Positions 1 through 10,464 are shown, numbered from the whole stretch's first letter. The stretch is 62,076 bases of DNA, filler included, from an uncultured bacterium (GCA_964449065.1; 12 parts of 12 records of this genome joined end to end with filler, not necessarily neighbours in it), one strand, 5' to 3'. Program-made: numbers and translations. Notes: a model not told the origin generated them from the letters alone.

Positions 1-2
1 GG

Positions 3-998
3 AACATACCCTATACGCAATATGAGGATCTAAAGAAAGACCGCCGCGTGAAAACCGCTATCCCCATTGGTTTGGGCGATAACTATAGCGGCTTTCGAAT
101 CGTTGGGACGATGCCGGAATTCTTCGAAATTACACGCCGCGCCACTAACGAAGAGCCGGAAGAAGATATTTTCACGCTTGCAGAAGGGGGGATTTTTCAA
201 AACGATTTTGAAGCGGTGCTCGGTTCGCAAGTAGCAAGACAAACGGGATTGCAAATCGGCGATTCATTTATTGGTTCTCACGGGTTGGTATCAATCCCCG
301 GTGTGGATGATCACGACCAGTTCCCGTATAGGGTTGTCGGGATTTTAGCGCCAACCGGCACGGCAAACGACCGGGCGGTATTTTGCACTCTGGAATCGGT
401 TTGGCATATCCACGAAGCCGAACAAAAGATGCACAACCAAACCAATGAAGAACGCGAAGTCACTGCGGTATTGATGCAACTTCGGGTGCCCGGCATGCGT
501 ATGTTTATGATGACGGAGATTCAAGACAAAACCGAAGCAATGGCCGCGGTTCCTATTAATGAGATTCTACGTCTAACCCAACAGGTGCTGGGGCCGATGA
601 AACAAGCGTTGATTTATGTCGCCTATTTGGTGGTTGTGGTTGCCGCGTTGAGTGTGCTTTGTACGCTGTATCAATCGGCGGAACGCCGCAGGCGGGATAT
701 GGCGGTACTGCGTACGCTGGGGGCGCATCCGTTTGAGGTATTTATTCTCATGCTGTTGGAGGCGCTTTTGTTGACCCTCTTTGGGATTGCGGCAGGATGG
801 TTGTTGGGGCACGGCGGCATGTCGATTGCCGGCGTTTATCTTCAGCAATCAATGGGAATCACGATTGATGCTTGGAGCACCAGTGCCGTGGAATGGCAGT
901 CGTTGGGATGGATTGCCCTGGCCGGAGTGGCAGCGGGCATTGTCCCAGCCTTTTTTATTTACCGCAGATCTCCCGTTAAGGATTTATCCGCTGTGTAG
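3..998 (+). CDS. ABC transporter permease (FtsX/MacB family), 5' truncated by window edge
   Basis: Frame is open from base 3. MacB-type periplasmic segment (GDNYSGFRIVGT...VVGILAPTGT), ERRRDMAVLRTLGA permease motif and C-terminal TM helices; followed by DUF3299 as in zrg-type operons. Confidence 0.85.
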   Translation, partial: NIPYTQYEDLKKDRRVKTAIPIGLGDNYSGFRIVGTMPEFFEITRRATNEEPEEDIFTLAEGGIFQNDFEAVLGSQVARQTGLQIGDSFIGSHGLVSIPGVDDHDQFPYRVVGILAPTGTANDRAVFCTLESVWHIHEAEQKMHNQTNEEREVTAVLMQLRVPGMRMFMMTEIQDKTEAMAAVPINEILRLTQQVLGPMKQALIYVAYLVVVVAALSVLCTLYQSAERRRRDMAVLRTLGAHPFEVFILMLLEALLLTLFGIAAGWLLGHGGMSIAGVYLQQSMGITIDAWSTSAVEWQSLGWIALAGVAAGIVPAFFIYRRSPVKDLSAV

Positions 999-1033
999 AT
1001 GATCTACAATAGAGATGATAGATCTGAAGGAGT

Positions 1034-1819
1034 TTGACCATGAACAGAATATCCCGAGTGGTGTTACTATTTGCTGCCGCATTCGCGTTTTTATTTGTGT
1101 TTCAACAATACGCTTTTAAAGATGATCCATTAATGGCGGCCGCCAAGCAAGAACGCGGGTTTATCCCCACGGCCGAAGAAGTCTTCAAAACCTCTGTCCA
1201 AACCGAATTTGTTCCTTCTGAGATTGCGCCGGCCGAGCCTGGCTTTGATAATCCTCCGGAGGGATTTACAAAAGCCTCCGCGCAAGAAACGGATGAGGAA
1301 GAACCAACCGGCGATGGTGTAAGTTCCGCAACGGATGCCGGCATAATCGAAGATTTGGTCAAATCCAATGAAGAACGTGCCGAGCGTTACAAAAAGGGGG
1401 AGATTGATTTTTATCTCTTACGCCAAACCCGCTATTATGAAGATCAGCCCCCCGCTTTTGCCAAAGAGTTAAAAGCCTTAAAAGACAAAAAGGTAAAAAT
1501 GATCGGCTTTATGTCGCCGTATGATGACTTAAACAGCATGAAAAAATTCATGCTGATGCCGATGATGACCGGCTGTTTTTTCTGTGTGCCTCCATCCATA
1601 GAAGAGGTGGTGTTAATCCGCCAAGAAACCGACGAACACTGCCCATATATTGCCGAACCGATTGTGGTCGAAGGCACATTGAAGTTGTGGGATGAAGAAA
1701 GCGAAGATCCGGTTTTTGAAATGTTCCTCTACATCATCGAAGACGCCACCGTGCGGGTTTATGATCCCGAAAAAGATGCCCGTACCAAAAAAGTACAAGA
1801 TCACAATCAACCGCATTGA
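1034..1819 (+). CDS. DUF3299 domain-containing protein
   Basis: N-terminal TM; KVKMIGFMSP...FMLMP..GCFFCVPP motif typical of DUF3299; downstream of ABC permease. Confidence 0.75.
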   Translation: MTMNRISRVVLLFAAAFAFLFVFQQYAFKDDPLMAAAKQERGFIPTAEEVFKTSVQTEFVPSEIAPAEPGFDNPPEGFTKASAQETDEEEPTGDGVSSATDAGIIEDLVKSNEERAERYKKGEIDFYLLRQTRYYEDQPPAFAKELKALKDKKVKMIGFMSPYDDLNSMKKFMLMPMMTGCFFCVPPSIEEVVLIRQETDEHCPYIAEPIVVEGTLKLWDEESEDPVFEMFLYIIEDATVRVYDPEKDARTKKVQDHNQPH

Positions 1820-1866
1820 TTTATCCATCAAAAATATAATAGCGGGTAGGGGGTAATCGGCAGCAA

Positions 1867-1962
1867 CTACATCTTGCGGTATTCGTTGATGGTGTTGACG
1901 GCAAAAATAATACAGCATATTGCGGTTACGGTTCCTATAACATAAAGCGTAATGATTGACAT
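1867..1962 (-). CDS. Small hydrophobic membrane peptide, 31 aa (MSIITLYVIGTVTAICCIIFAVNTINEYRKM)
   Basis: Strong SD AAGGAGGT 5 nt upstream of ATG; single hydrophobic helix with charged tail; below the ORF-track size cutoff. Confidence 0.55.
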   Translation of the reverse strand: MSIITLYVIGTVTAICCIIFAVNTINEYRKM

Positions 1963-2138
1963 GATATACCTCCTTCTAAACATTCAGGTCTTTACTTTCA
2001 GCTTATAAAACCTAACCGGATATGTCAAATAATAATCCGATTATCCCAATACTTCGTTTTCGATACATTCCATACTCTACAAATGCCGTTCAGTTTGGTG
2101 TATAACCTTATCCATAAATTAAAAAAGAGGATGCAGTT

Positions 2139-4388
2139 ATGAAAAATTGGATGCATGTACTGTTTTCGTTGGTGATCCTGATTTTGGTTTCATGCCAAAC
2201 GGCACAAAAGAACAAACCGGCCGAAGCCACGGCTTCAAAGCCGGGGGATGAATTAATCTACGAACCGGGCGGCATGTGGATGCCGCAGCAGATTGCCGGC
2301 TTCCATGCCGATACCCTCAAAAAAATGGGGCTGGAAATTGATCCCAAGGTCTTCGCCAATCCGCTGGAATTCCCCCTAAACGCGATTGTGCATTTGGGCG
2401 GTTGTTCCGCTTCGTTTATTTCACCGGATGGATTGGTCATCACCAACTATCACTGCGTGAAGGGGTATTTGCAATACAATTCAACGCCGGAAAATAACTT
2501 GCTGCATACCGGCTTTATTGCCAATGACCGCGGCGAAGAAATTTCCGCCGGCCCGACCGCGCGTGTTTATGTCACCACAGCCGTCACCGATGTCACCGAA
2601 CGGGTGTTAAACGGCACGCAGGAAATTGATGACGATCTCGAACGCTATGAGTTGATTGAGCGGCGCAAGAAAGAACTCACCAAAGAGTTCGAAGACGCCA
2701 ACCCGCACTCACGCTGCGATGTGGTATCGTTTTACGGCGGCGGTGAGTTTTATGTCATTACCCGCATGGAAATCAAGGACGTGCGCTTGGTCTACGCTCC
2801 CCACCGCGGCATTGGTGAATTCGGCGGCGATATCGACAACTGGATGTGGCCGCGCCATACCGGTGATTTCGCGCTGCTGCGCGCGTATGTGGCGCCGGAC
2901 GGCACCCCGGCTGAATATTCTGAAGACAACGTGCCCTTTAAACCGAAGGCGTTCTTGAAGATCGCGGAAGAAGGCTATAAGCCGGGCGATTTGGCCTTTG
3001 TTGTTGGCTATCCCGGCAGCACGGAACGTCTTACCACCGCGATGGAAACCCAGTTTGATGTGGAATGGCAAATGCCCTATTCCATTGACTTGTACCAAAA
3101 AATGATAGATACCCTGCGCGAAACCGCCGGGGATGATGAGACTTTAAACATAAAAGCAGCCCGCTATTTCGCCGCGCTTGAGAACGTCAAAAAGAACTAT
3201 ATCGGTGTGTTGGAAGGCGCTGAGAAGAAGAATATTGTTGCAGAGAAAATCGCGAAAGAAGAAGAATTGCAGAAGTGGATTCAGTTGGATCCTGAACGGC
3301 GAAAAACATACGGCAATGTGATCGATGAAATCAACACACTATTGGATGAATATTATGAAACCCGCGAGCAGGACCGCTTGACCCTAATCATGGGCAGCGG
3401 ATTTTTCTCTCCGCTACTCAATTCATCTGTGAAGATCGTTCGCATGGCTGAAGAACGCCCCAAGCCGGATTTGGAGCGCGACCCGGATTACCAAGAACGC
3501 AACTGGGAACGTATGACACAAAGCGAAAAACAAATGCAGCAGACCTATTCACGCGAACTGAGTGCCGCCATGCTAAAACTCATCCTGCGGGAAGCGGCGG
3601 CATTGGATGACCGCCCGGAAATTATCGCGAACATGTTTGGTGATGGGGAAATTAGCGCATCCGCTATCGAACAAAAAGTGACCGCTTTGTTTGAAGGCAC
3701 CGAATTAGAGGATGTGGACAAGCGGGTGGAATTATTGAATAACGCCACAACGGAAGAATTGAAAGAAATGGATGACAGCATGATACAATTGGCGTTGCAA
3801 CTCAGTCCATTGCTGGAGGAAATTAAAGAAAAGGGCGAGCGGTTAGCCGGTGCGATTGTTTTGCTTCGCCCCCGCTATTATGAAGCGTTGAATGCCTACC
3901 TGGGCGGTAACTTGGCGCCGGATGCTAACAGCACCATCCGTATTTCGTACGGTACCGTGCGCGGTTTTAAACCCGAACCGGACGCGGAAGAATACTATCC
4001 CTTCACCAAAGTGTGGGAAATGGCGGAGAAGTGGGGCAAGTATAAAAGTGAAGTGCCGTTCGATGCCCCAAAGCCCATCATTGATGCCATGCAAGATCGG
4101 CGCTTTGAAGGCTATGTGCCGGAAGAGATCGGACAGGTACCGGTCAATGTGCTAACGGATTTGGATATCACCGGCGGAAACTCAGGTTCGGCAACGCTAA
4201 ACAGCAGAGCGGAATTCGCGGGGATTGCGTTTGACGGCAACATCGAAGGCGTAGCCAGCGATTTGGTCTTTCTGCCGGATCTGACCCGTGCCATTCATGT
4301 GGATGTGCGCTACATCTTGTGGATACTCGATGCGGTTGAAGATGCCGATCGCGTTTTAAAGGAAATGGGTGTGGAACCGAAATTCTGA
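2139..4388 (+). CDS. S46 family dipeptidyl peptidase (DPP7-type), probable lipoprotein
   Basis: GMWMP, GCSASFIS.DGLVITNYHC, NWMWPRHTGDF and DITGGNSGS motifs; FDGN (Gly rather than the DPP11 Arg) suggests DPP7 specificity; lipobox LVSC. Confidence 0.92.
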   Translation: MKNWMHVLFSLVILILVSCQTAQKNKPAEATASKPGDELIYEPGGMWMPQQIAGFHADTLKKMGLEIDPKVFANPLEFPLNAIVHLGGCSASFISPDGLVITNYHCVKGYLQYNSTPENNLLHTGFIANDRGEEISAGPTARVYVTTAVTDVTERVLNGTQEIDDDLERYELIERRKKELTKEFEDANPHSRCDVVSFYGGGEFYVITRMEIKDVRLVYAPHRGIGEFGGDIDNWMWPRHTGDFALLRAYVAPDGTPAEYSEDNVPFKPKAFLKIAEEGYKPGDLAFVVGYPGSTERLTTAMETQFDVEWQMPYSIDLYQKMIDTLRETAGDDETLNIKAARYFAALENVKKNYIGVLEGAEKKNIVAEKIAKEEELQKWIQLDPERRKTYGNVIDEINTLLDEYYETREQDRLTLIMGSGFFSPLLNSSVKIVRMAEERPKPDLERDPDYQERNWERMTQSEKQMQQTYSRELSAAMLKLILREAAALDDRPEIIANMFGDGEISASAIEQKVTALFEGTELEDVDKRVELLNNATTEELKEMDDSMIQLALQLSPLLEEIKEKGERLAGAIVLLRPRYYEALNAYLGGNLAPDANSTIRISYGTVRGFKPEPDAEEYYPFTKVWEMAEKWGKYKSEVPFDAPKPIIDAMQDRRFEGYVPEEIGQVPVNVLTDLDITGGNSGSATLNSRAEFAGIAFDGNIEGVASDLVFLPDLTRAIHVDVRYILWILDAVEDADRVLKEMGVEPKF

Positions 4389-4484
4389 CTGTGGATGGGT
4401 CCGGTCTTTCGTGCTTATCCTGCCGCTGAATCAATACCGCATTTGCATGGAACTCTTGTTTATGCAAGAGAATAGTTGATTGCT

Positions 4485-5018
4485 TCATCCATGAATTTGC
4501 CTTGCGACTTCAGCGACCCGTTTGCCCATTTGGCGGGCAACTTCCAAATCTTCCGCGGGCAGCATGCTGGGCTGGCGTCCTAAGACGCTGGTTCCCACAC
4601 CGTGTGAATAGCCCAGGTATTTGTTTTCCGGAATGACGCCGGGAGGCAGGCTAACCAAAGTCATCCCCAATTGAAACATTGTCATCAGCATCGCTAGGAT
4701 GGCAAACTCTTTATCACCATGGATGGAACCACTGCTGCTAAAAGCTGACCCGACTGTCCCGGGAATCCCGCCGTTAATCCAAACCGGGCTGATTACATCA
4801 TCGATAAACTGCTTCATCGGCGCGCTCACATTGCCCATGTGGGTCGGGCATCCCAAAATCAGACCCTCGCATTGTGTAACATGCTCTTTGGCGGCTTGGT
4901 TACACGTAATTATACGGGAAGAGCAGCCGCCAACCAAATTCACACCCTGTGAGATGGAATCGGCTAGTTTTTCGGTATGCCCTTTTTCACTATGGTAGAT
5001 AATATGAACGAGTGCCAT
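4485..5018 (-). CDS. Flavodoxin/WrbA-family NAD(P)H-dependent oxidoreductase
   Basis: IIYHSEKGHTEKLA, GCPTHMGNVSAPMKQFID motifs. Confidence 0.85.
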   Translation of the reverse strand: MALVHIIYHSEKGHTEKLADSISQGVNLVGGCSSRIITCNQAAKEHVTQCEGLILGCPTHMGNVSAPMKQFIDDVISPVWINGGIPGTVGSAFSSSGSIHGDKEFAILAMLMTMFQLGMTLVSLPPGVIPENKYLGYSHGVGTSVLGRQPSMLPAEDLEVARQMGKRVAEVARQIHG

Positions 5019-5138
5019 GAATTGTTGTCCTTAATGAATTTTCCGAATGCTTCACAGTATAAGTGAAGATTGGGAAAATCCCAGGAACAGATCATTTTTT
5101 GAATTGTTCAAACATTTAATCGGCTTTATAATCAAATA

Positions 5139-5184
5139 CTATAAAGTCTGTCAATCAAAAAATGGCGGCTGGCTATCCGTTGTT
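5139..5184 (+). repeat. MITE-like repeat family A, partial (contig end)
   Basis: gtctgtcaatcaaaaaatggcggctggctatccgttgtt matches copies at 8523, 49277 and 51824. Confidence 0.85.
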
Positions 5185-5284
5185 NNNNNNNNNNNNNNNN
5201 NNNNNNNNNNNNNNNNNNNNNNNNNNNNTTAATTAATTAANNNNNNNNNNNNNNNNNNNNNNNNNNNNNNNNNNNNNNNNNNNN
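5185..5284. other. Artificial contig linker (N-TTAATTAATTAA-N); same linker at 10465, 15712, 20956, 26177, 31388, 36579, 41730, 46868, 51975 and 57056
   Basis: Identical 100-bp spacers with a stop-codon core; flanking contig lengths fall steadily (5180, 5147, 5144, 5121, 5111, 5091, 5051, 5038, 5007, 4981). Confidence 0.98.
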
Positions 5285-5365
5285 ATCTTCTCCCAAAGGG
5301 AGAAGACGATAGACACTGCGTTTGACTAAGAATAGTTGGTTCACAACAAAAACCATTTTTCAAGC
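5285..5365 (+). repeat. Composite repeat: hairpin tcttctcccaaagggagaaga plus repeat family C; empty-site counterpart of 21064-21236
   Basis: Near-identical to 21064-21106 joined to 21200-21236. Confidence 0.85.
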
Positions 5366-5366
5366 C

Positions 5367-8228
5367 TTAATTGTTTTGATTCGCCTGCACCGCGGGCGTG
5401 GTTTGATTGATCTCTCCCACATTGGCCTCAGACCCAAACGCGGGAATCAAAAAGTAGGGAAGACCCTGCTCCACATTCGGTACCTGTACACCATTGCCAA
5501 CCCCATCAATGATCTCAATGGCATACATCACACCATTCGCCGTCAATGGAAAATTGGCAATATAATCCGTCCCCGATAAATTCATAGCCATTTGGTTCCA
5601 CACCGAATCCGATGGCAATCCCTTCCAATGCAATTTTGCCGATATTATCCCGGATGGATCAAAAAAGTTCCCCACCACCGTCACACGGTCTTTTCCAACC
5701 GAAATCTCCTGAATCGTATCCAATACCGATGGCGCATCCGTATCCGGCGTGACGGATACTGTATAAAACGAACCTTCCGCGTCCGGCGGTACTTTATACA
5801 AATTGCCGTCCACCTCTGCCACAATAAAGTATTCAAAGGCCCCCTCAGTCATTAATTCACCGTCAATCTCAACCGCATAAACCCCTTCCATCGTTGATGG
5901 AGCCATGGGCACATTACCGGTTTGCCCAAAACTGTTCTTATACCGGATATTCAAACGCTGCACATCCCGGCCGGGTGGAACCGAACAGGTCAAAATAAAC
6001 GGTTCGTTCGGTTTTGCGGTAAACGCCCGGTTATGGCCAAGATACCGCTGCCAACTTTCACCTTCCTGCCAGGCCAAATACGCCTGAGACATCCGCTGCT
6101 GATCCTCTTGCACACTCGGTTCCAAATCCGCCCAATGAAAATACGGCTCATCCATACGCACCGCGTCATGCACGGGAGAATAAACTCTCCTCATCTGATT
6201 CTGAAACTCCATCCAAGGCCGCATAATATTCTTCGAAGTCTCAGACGCAATCAGCAGGGAAGGGGTATCTCCGGAATTTTGGAACATCCCGAAATGCAAT
6301 GCCGTTTCCAGTGATGTCCGTAAATAGGTGCTCAAAGCTGACAAGCCTTTTATGTTGGCATCCAAATACTGCCATTCCCGATAGATGTTTTCACCGTTCT
6401 GCAACTGGTTCTGCTGTATCCGCTCCCGAAGCGTCGTACCCGCTTGGATGGAAAATTGGACAGCCTCTTTCGCCGCGTTTTCCGCATCCGATATAATCTG
6501 CAATGGAGACCGCTTCGCGTCCAAACTTTGCGATACCCGTGCCGCAATCTCCTCTTGCACACTGCGAACCGTCAGCAGATCCAGCGGCCGCGCTTCCAGC
6601 CAAGTAAATACAGACAGCGGAGGCTCAAACTCCGGCGCATACGACCGTGCGTCCGGCGAGGGATAATACACAGCTGCCAATGCCGGTATCACCTTGCTGA
6701 TACCAAGCAATGCTTGAAAAAGATTTTGTCCGGGGGAGCCGCCAAAATGACGGGCAAATGATTGCGAAAACTCCTCATCCCTCAGATTTGGTTGATAAGC
6801 AAGCCGCCCCCATGCCTCATACCAATACCAATCCCGCTCATAATCCCAATCAGCAAAACCCATCTCCTGCTGCACGGAATGCAAATGCGACTCGAACGGC
6901 GGCGTATAAGGCGATGGCGCCTCTATCACAATCCCGTCCGCGTTAAACCGCGCACAAGATTGCACCGTCCGCCGGATAAATTCCGTATCCATCCAGGGGA
7001 AAATTCGGTTGGTGCCGCGTGAATTGATCTGAAATACCGCCTTATAATCGCGGGGAAGCGAAAAATAATTCTCATACGAGTATGAATGCCATTCCACCAT
7101 TCGGTGGCCGGATACCGGATAAGGATGCACAATATGGTCACCATTAAACTTAAATGCCAACACCGAATCGCCCGTATATGTGTTCATCATTGTACGGATT
7201 TGAAATTCTTCCGACAGCCAGGGATGAACCGTTAATTCCAGGCTGCGGTTCGATGAATTCAAAACCGGGATCATATTCGAGCGGTAAAAACTCTCATCCA
7301 CACCGGATTCGCCGGTCTGAAATCCTATCCCAGCAAGATTGGGGCATTGCTGCAAGATGATCTGAATCGCGCTTCGGGTAAACTGGCCAGCCGCCTCGGC
7401 GTTGATCTGCTGCCCGGTTGATGGATTCGTAATCATGGCCTGATAATTCACCAACGAAACCTGAATCCCATATTCAGAGGCTAAATCTGTTATGGAACGT
7501 AAACGCTCTAAATTTCTATTTTTCAAATAACTATCAAGCAGGCCTTCATCCAGCGCCTGTTCCGCTACCAAATAGGGATACAGGTTCTTAAACTCACCAT
7601 TAAAGGCATCAAATGCGCCGCGCAACTCAAGGCAGTTAAAGCGGTTTAACGACAGTTGCTTAAGCAATCCAACCCAATAATCATCATCGTGATACCAAGA
7701 ATACAGATCCGTCAGCGCTTGGGTATGCAGATAAACCGCCGTCCCACGCTTTTGCAGCACCGGCGAGTGGTTTTCATCTGATATGGTGAATCCATCAGCC
7801 GAACTTGGTTGTTGGATAGATACACGCTTGGCGAGGTCAAACAACCCATACATCACGCCGGTCCAATCGCTGCCAACAATGAAGACGCGGTTCTTGTTAT
7901 CCGACTTATCCAAAATGAAAGAAAACGAATCCGCGGCGCTGGAAACTTCATAAGAGGGGATCGAAAAATCCCGCATGGTCTGATCCAAATTTTCGTTAGA
8001 GACCGCCAAGAAGAACTCCAACTGCGCTTGCCGCGAAGTCGTAGGTTGAATGCCGGCCAACGTCTCAACCGACCAGCCCAATTGATTCAGTGAGTTGTAG
8101 AGTTCTTGAACACCACGCACCAACTGCCGCGAACCGGTTTGCTCAACCGAAGCAATCAAAGCCGTCTGGCTGTAAGTGGATGCTCGCGAAAAGAAAACAA
8201 GAAGCAGAAAGAGGACAATCGTTTTCAT
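5367..8228 (-). CDS. Large secreted protein, probably glycoside hydrolase-like (GH67/GH115-type N-domain, barrel domain, C-terminal beta-sandwich domains)
   Basis: Signal peptide; IVGSDWTGVMYGLFDL and DDDYWVGLLKQLSLNRFN segments resemble GH67/115-like proteins; function inferred only. Confidence 0.55.
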   Translation of the reverse strand: MKTIVLFLLLVFFSRASTYSQTALIASVEQTGSRQLVRGVQELYNSLNQLGWSVETLAGIQPTTSRQAQLEFFLAVSNENLDQTMRDFSIPSYEVSSAADSFSFILDKSDNKNRVFIVGSDWTGVMYGLFDLAKRVSIQQPSSADGFTISDENHSPVLQKRGTAVYLHTQALTDLYSWYHDDDYWVGLLKQLSLNRFNCLELRGAFDAFNGEFKNLYPYLVAEQALDEGLLDSYLKNRNLERLRSITDLASEYGIQVSLVNYQAMITNPSTGQQINAEAAGQFTRSAIQIILQQCPNLAGIGFQTGESGVDESFYRSNMIPVLNSSNRSLELTVHPWLSEEFQIRTMMNTYTGDSVLAFKFNGDHIVHPYPVSGHRMVEWHSYSYENYFSLPRDYKAVFQINSRGTNRIFPWMDTEFIRRTVQSCARFNADGIVIEAPSPYTPPFESHLHSVQQEMGFADWDYERDWYWYEAWGRLAYQPNLRDEEFSQSFARHFGGSPGQNLFQALLGISKVIPALAAVYYPSPDARSYAPEFEPPLSVFTWLEARPLDLLTVRSVQEEIAARVSQSLDAKRSPLQIISDAENAAKEAVQFSIQAGTTLRERIQQNQLQNGENIYREWQYLDANIKGLSALSTYLRTSLETALHFGMFQNSGDTPSLLIASETSKNIMRPWMEFQNQMRRVYSPVHDAVRMDEPYFHWADLEPSVQEDQQRMSQAYLAWQEGESWQRYLGHNRAFTAKPNEPFILTCSVPPGRDVQRLNIRYKNSFGQTGNVPMAPSTMEGVYAVEIDGELMTEGAFEYFIVAEVDGNLYKVPPDAEGSFYTVSVTPDTDAPSVLDTIQEISVGKDRVTVVGNFFDPSGIISAKLHWKGLPSDSVWNQMAMNLSGTDYIANFPLTANGVMYAIEIIDGVGNGVQVPNVEQGLPYFLIPAFGSEANVGEINQTTPAVQANQNN

Positions 8229-8417
8229 GCGGATATCTTAAACCCCAACCGATTTCATCAAAAGTCATTGTTGGCAATTATAGCCGAAAAGCTGTTTCTG
8301 AGAAAAATGAATTGGGATTATCTGCGGGAACCATACCACCGTGCAAAAAGAAAGTGAGTGTTTCACGCCTTTCTACCTCTATTACCCTCGAAGCGTGCCC
8401 TGGGAGGGCGGTTTTTA

Positions 8418-8444
8418 TGGGAGGGCGAGGCTCCCGCCGAGCCG
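8418..8444 (+). repeat. REP-like palindrome (GGGAGGGCGAGGCTCCCGCCGAGCCG)
   Basis: Intergenic GC-rich stem ggctc...gagcc. Confidence 0.5.
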
Positions 8445-8522
8445 GAAGTACCGTTCGATTGCCTCAGAATAGTATCAGAACAGTATGAGAATAGTTTCGG
8501 CATTTACTCTAAGGCAGTATGG

Positions 8523-8632
8523 TAGTAGTCTGTCAATCAAAAAATGACGGCTGGCTATCCTTTGTTTCCCCCCTTGTTAAGGGGGGCTAGGGGGGATCGA
8601 CACCCGTCAATCAATCATTGAAACAGTACTAG
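8523..8632 (+). mobile_element. MITE-like repeat family A (~110 bp, TAG/CTAG ends, internal C6-G6 hairpin)
   Basis: Imperfect TIRs tagtagtctgtcaa...ttgaaacagtactag; 7 copies in window. Confidence 0.8.
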
Positions 8633-8674
8633 GGTGAAAAATCATCAATAATATCAGAGATTTCTACATCATTA

Positions 8675-8702
8675 CTATCGCATAAGATATATTATGTAAA
8701 CC
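8675..8702 (+). promoter_or_regulatory. Candidate dif site (XerC/XerD recombination site)
   Basis: CTATCGCATAA-GATATA-TTATGTAAACC has the 11-6-11 layout of E. coli dif GGTGCGCATAA-TGTATA-TTATGTTAAAT. Confidence 0.7.
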
Positions 8703-8833
8703 AATATAGTGAAAAATCCTCTCAGAAAAATATCACGGTATTGTTTCTGCCTTTTTTATCAAAATACCCTTGCACAAATCCTTTCTATGCAATTATTATC
8801 TTGATAAGATTCTTATCACTGAGAGTACTGATT

Positions 8834-9037
8834 ATGGCATACATGAAAAACTGGAAATGCCGCACGTGCGGAAATCCGGTAGAAGAAATCAAACACAATC
8901 CATTCTTCCCCTTCTGTAGCGAGCGCTGCAAGACGGTGGATTTAGGCAGGTGGCTTTCTGGAGACTACAGCATCAGCGAACCCATCTCAAAAGAAGAAGC
9001 CGAGTTTTTGGAAGATCAAGAATCCGAAAGTCCTTGA
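8834..9037 (+). CDS. yacG: DNA gyrase inhibitor YacG
   Basis: CRTCG...FFPFCSERCKTVDLGRWLSGDYSI zinc-finger signature. Confidence 0.9.
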   Translation: MAYMKNWKCRTCGNPVEEIKHNPFFPFCSERCKTVDLGRWLSGDYSISEPISKEEAEFLEDQESESP

Positions 9038-9041
9038 TCTT

Positions 9042-10464
9042 GTGCTTTGCTTTTGCTCTGGCTTCTTACTTTATCTATGTTTTCCACCCTTCAAATTCAG
9101 CGAGTTGGTTATTGCGTCAATATATACGGTATTGTTCACGCTGAAACCAAAACAACATAAATATAATTATCTCAAAGGCTTATTAACTGGAATTACTTTC
9201 TATCTTTTCCATTTGTATTGGATAGGCCACGTGATTATCCCTGGGATGCTTTTATTGGTGCTTTATGTTTCCTGCATCTTTGCCGTGCCTTTTTATATCT
9301 ATTACAAAATCCCCCAAAAATGGCTGCGTCCGTTAGGTTTTGGTGCTGTTTGGCTGGTGTTAGAATACGCCCGAACTTTGGGATATTTCTCTTTCGCTTG
9401 GGGTTTTTTAGGCCATTCACTTTATAGCACTTCCCTGGTATCTCTTACCGCTTGGGTTCCCATCCCCATAGTAAGCGGACTTTTCGCCTTGGCAAGCGCA
9501 TATCTCTTTGAACTGGCAAAGTTGATTCAATCTCAAACCCAAGAATGGCAAGATGAATTTGGAAAAAAAACCGTCCTCTATGGTACTTTATTCATGCTGT
9601 TTGTTGCACCTGTTCTATTAACCGCCTATATCATAATCATGGCCAATCTCAATGATGAGGCTGAACCATCCGGCGCGGATTCTCTTACCGTGGCCCTCCT
9701 ACAAGGCAACTTCAGCATGGAAGAAAAGCAGCAGCATAACAACCGCAGCGCTATTGATGTTTATTTGGAACTTGCCACTTTATCGATGGATCAATCACCT
9801 GATTTAATTGTACTTCCAGAAAGCGCGTTCAGTTTTCCTTTGAACTATTCATCCCATATTGTGGAGCGGATTTCCGCTTTTGTTGATGAGCATGATGTGG
9901 AAATGTTGGTTGGCGGGGTTCATGGCTTTTACAAAGGTGACAGCCAATGGGATTTTTGGAACCGGGCCTACTTATTCAGCCCCGGGCAGCAGTGGGATAC
10001 CTCGGATGAGCCTGTAATGTTAGTCGGGATGCAGACGTATGACAAAATGCATTTGGTTCCCTACGGCGAATGGATTCCGGGAGGCCATCTCCCCATCTTC
10101 GGCTGGATCGAAACCTTGATTGAAGAAGCGGGCGCGGGAATTTTTCAGCGCGGCACAACCCAAACCATTTTTGAGCTTCGAAATGGGATGAAATTCGCCG
10201 TCGCCATCTGCTTTGAATCCACACTCTCCAGCAAAATGAAAAACGCCAAAAAACGGGGGGCGGATTTTCTAATCAACATCACCAACGATGCCTGGTTCAA
10301 GCGCTCGCCCGGCTTGGAACAGCATTTTATGCAGAGCGTATTTCGCGCCGCTGAGAATGAGTGTTATATGCTGCGCTGTGCCAATACCGGCATCACCGCG
10401 GTTATCGACCCCAACGGCAAAGTCCAAAAACGCATCCCCGATAACGAAGAAGGTTTTCTGGTGG
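9042..10464 (+). CDS. lnt: Apolipoprotein N-acyltransferase, 3' truncated
   Basis: TM N-terminus; QGN, LPES, YDKMHLVPYGE, ICFES, TNDAWF and ANTGIT motifs. Confidence 0.93.

Noticed and set aside
5229..5240. Recurrent TTAATTAATTAA palindrome
   Set aside because: Always embedded in N-runs; an artificial contig linker, not biology
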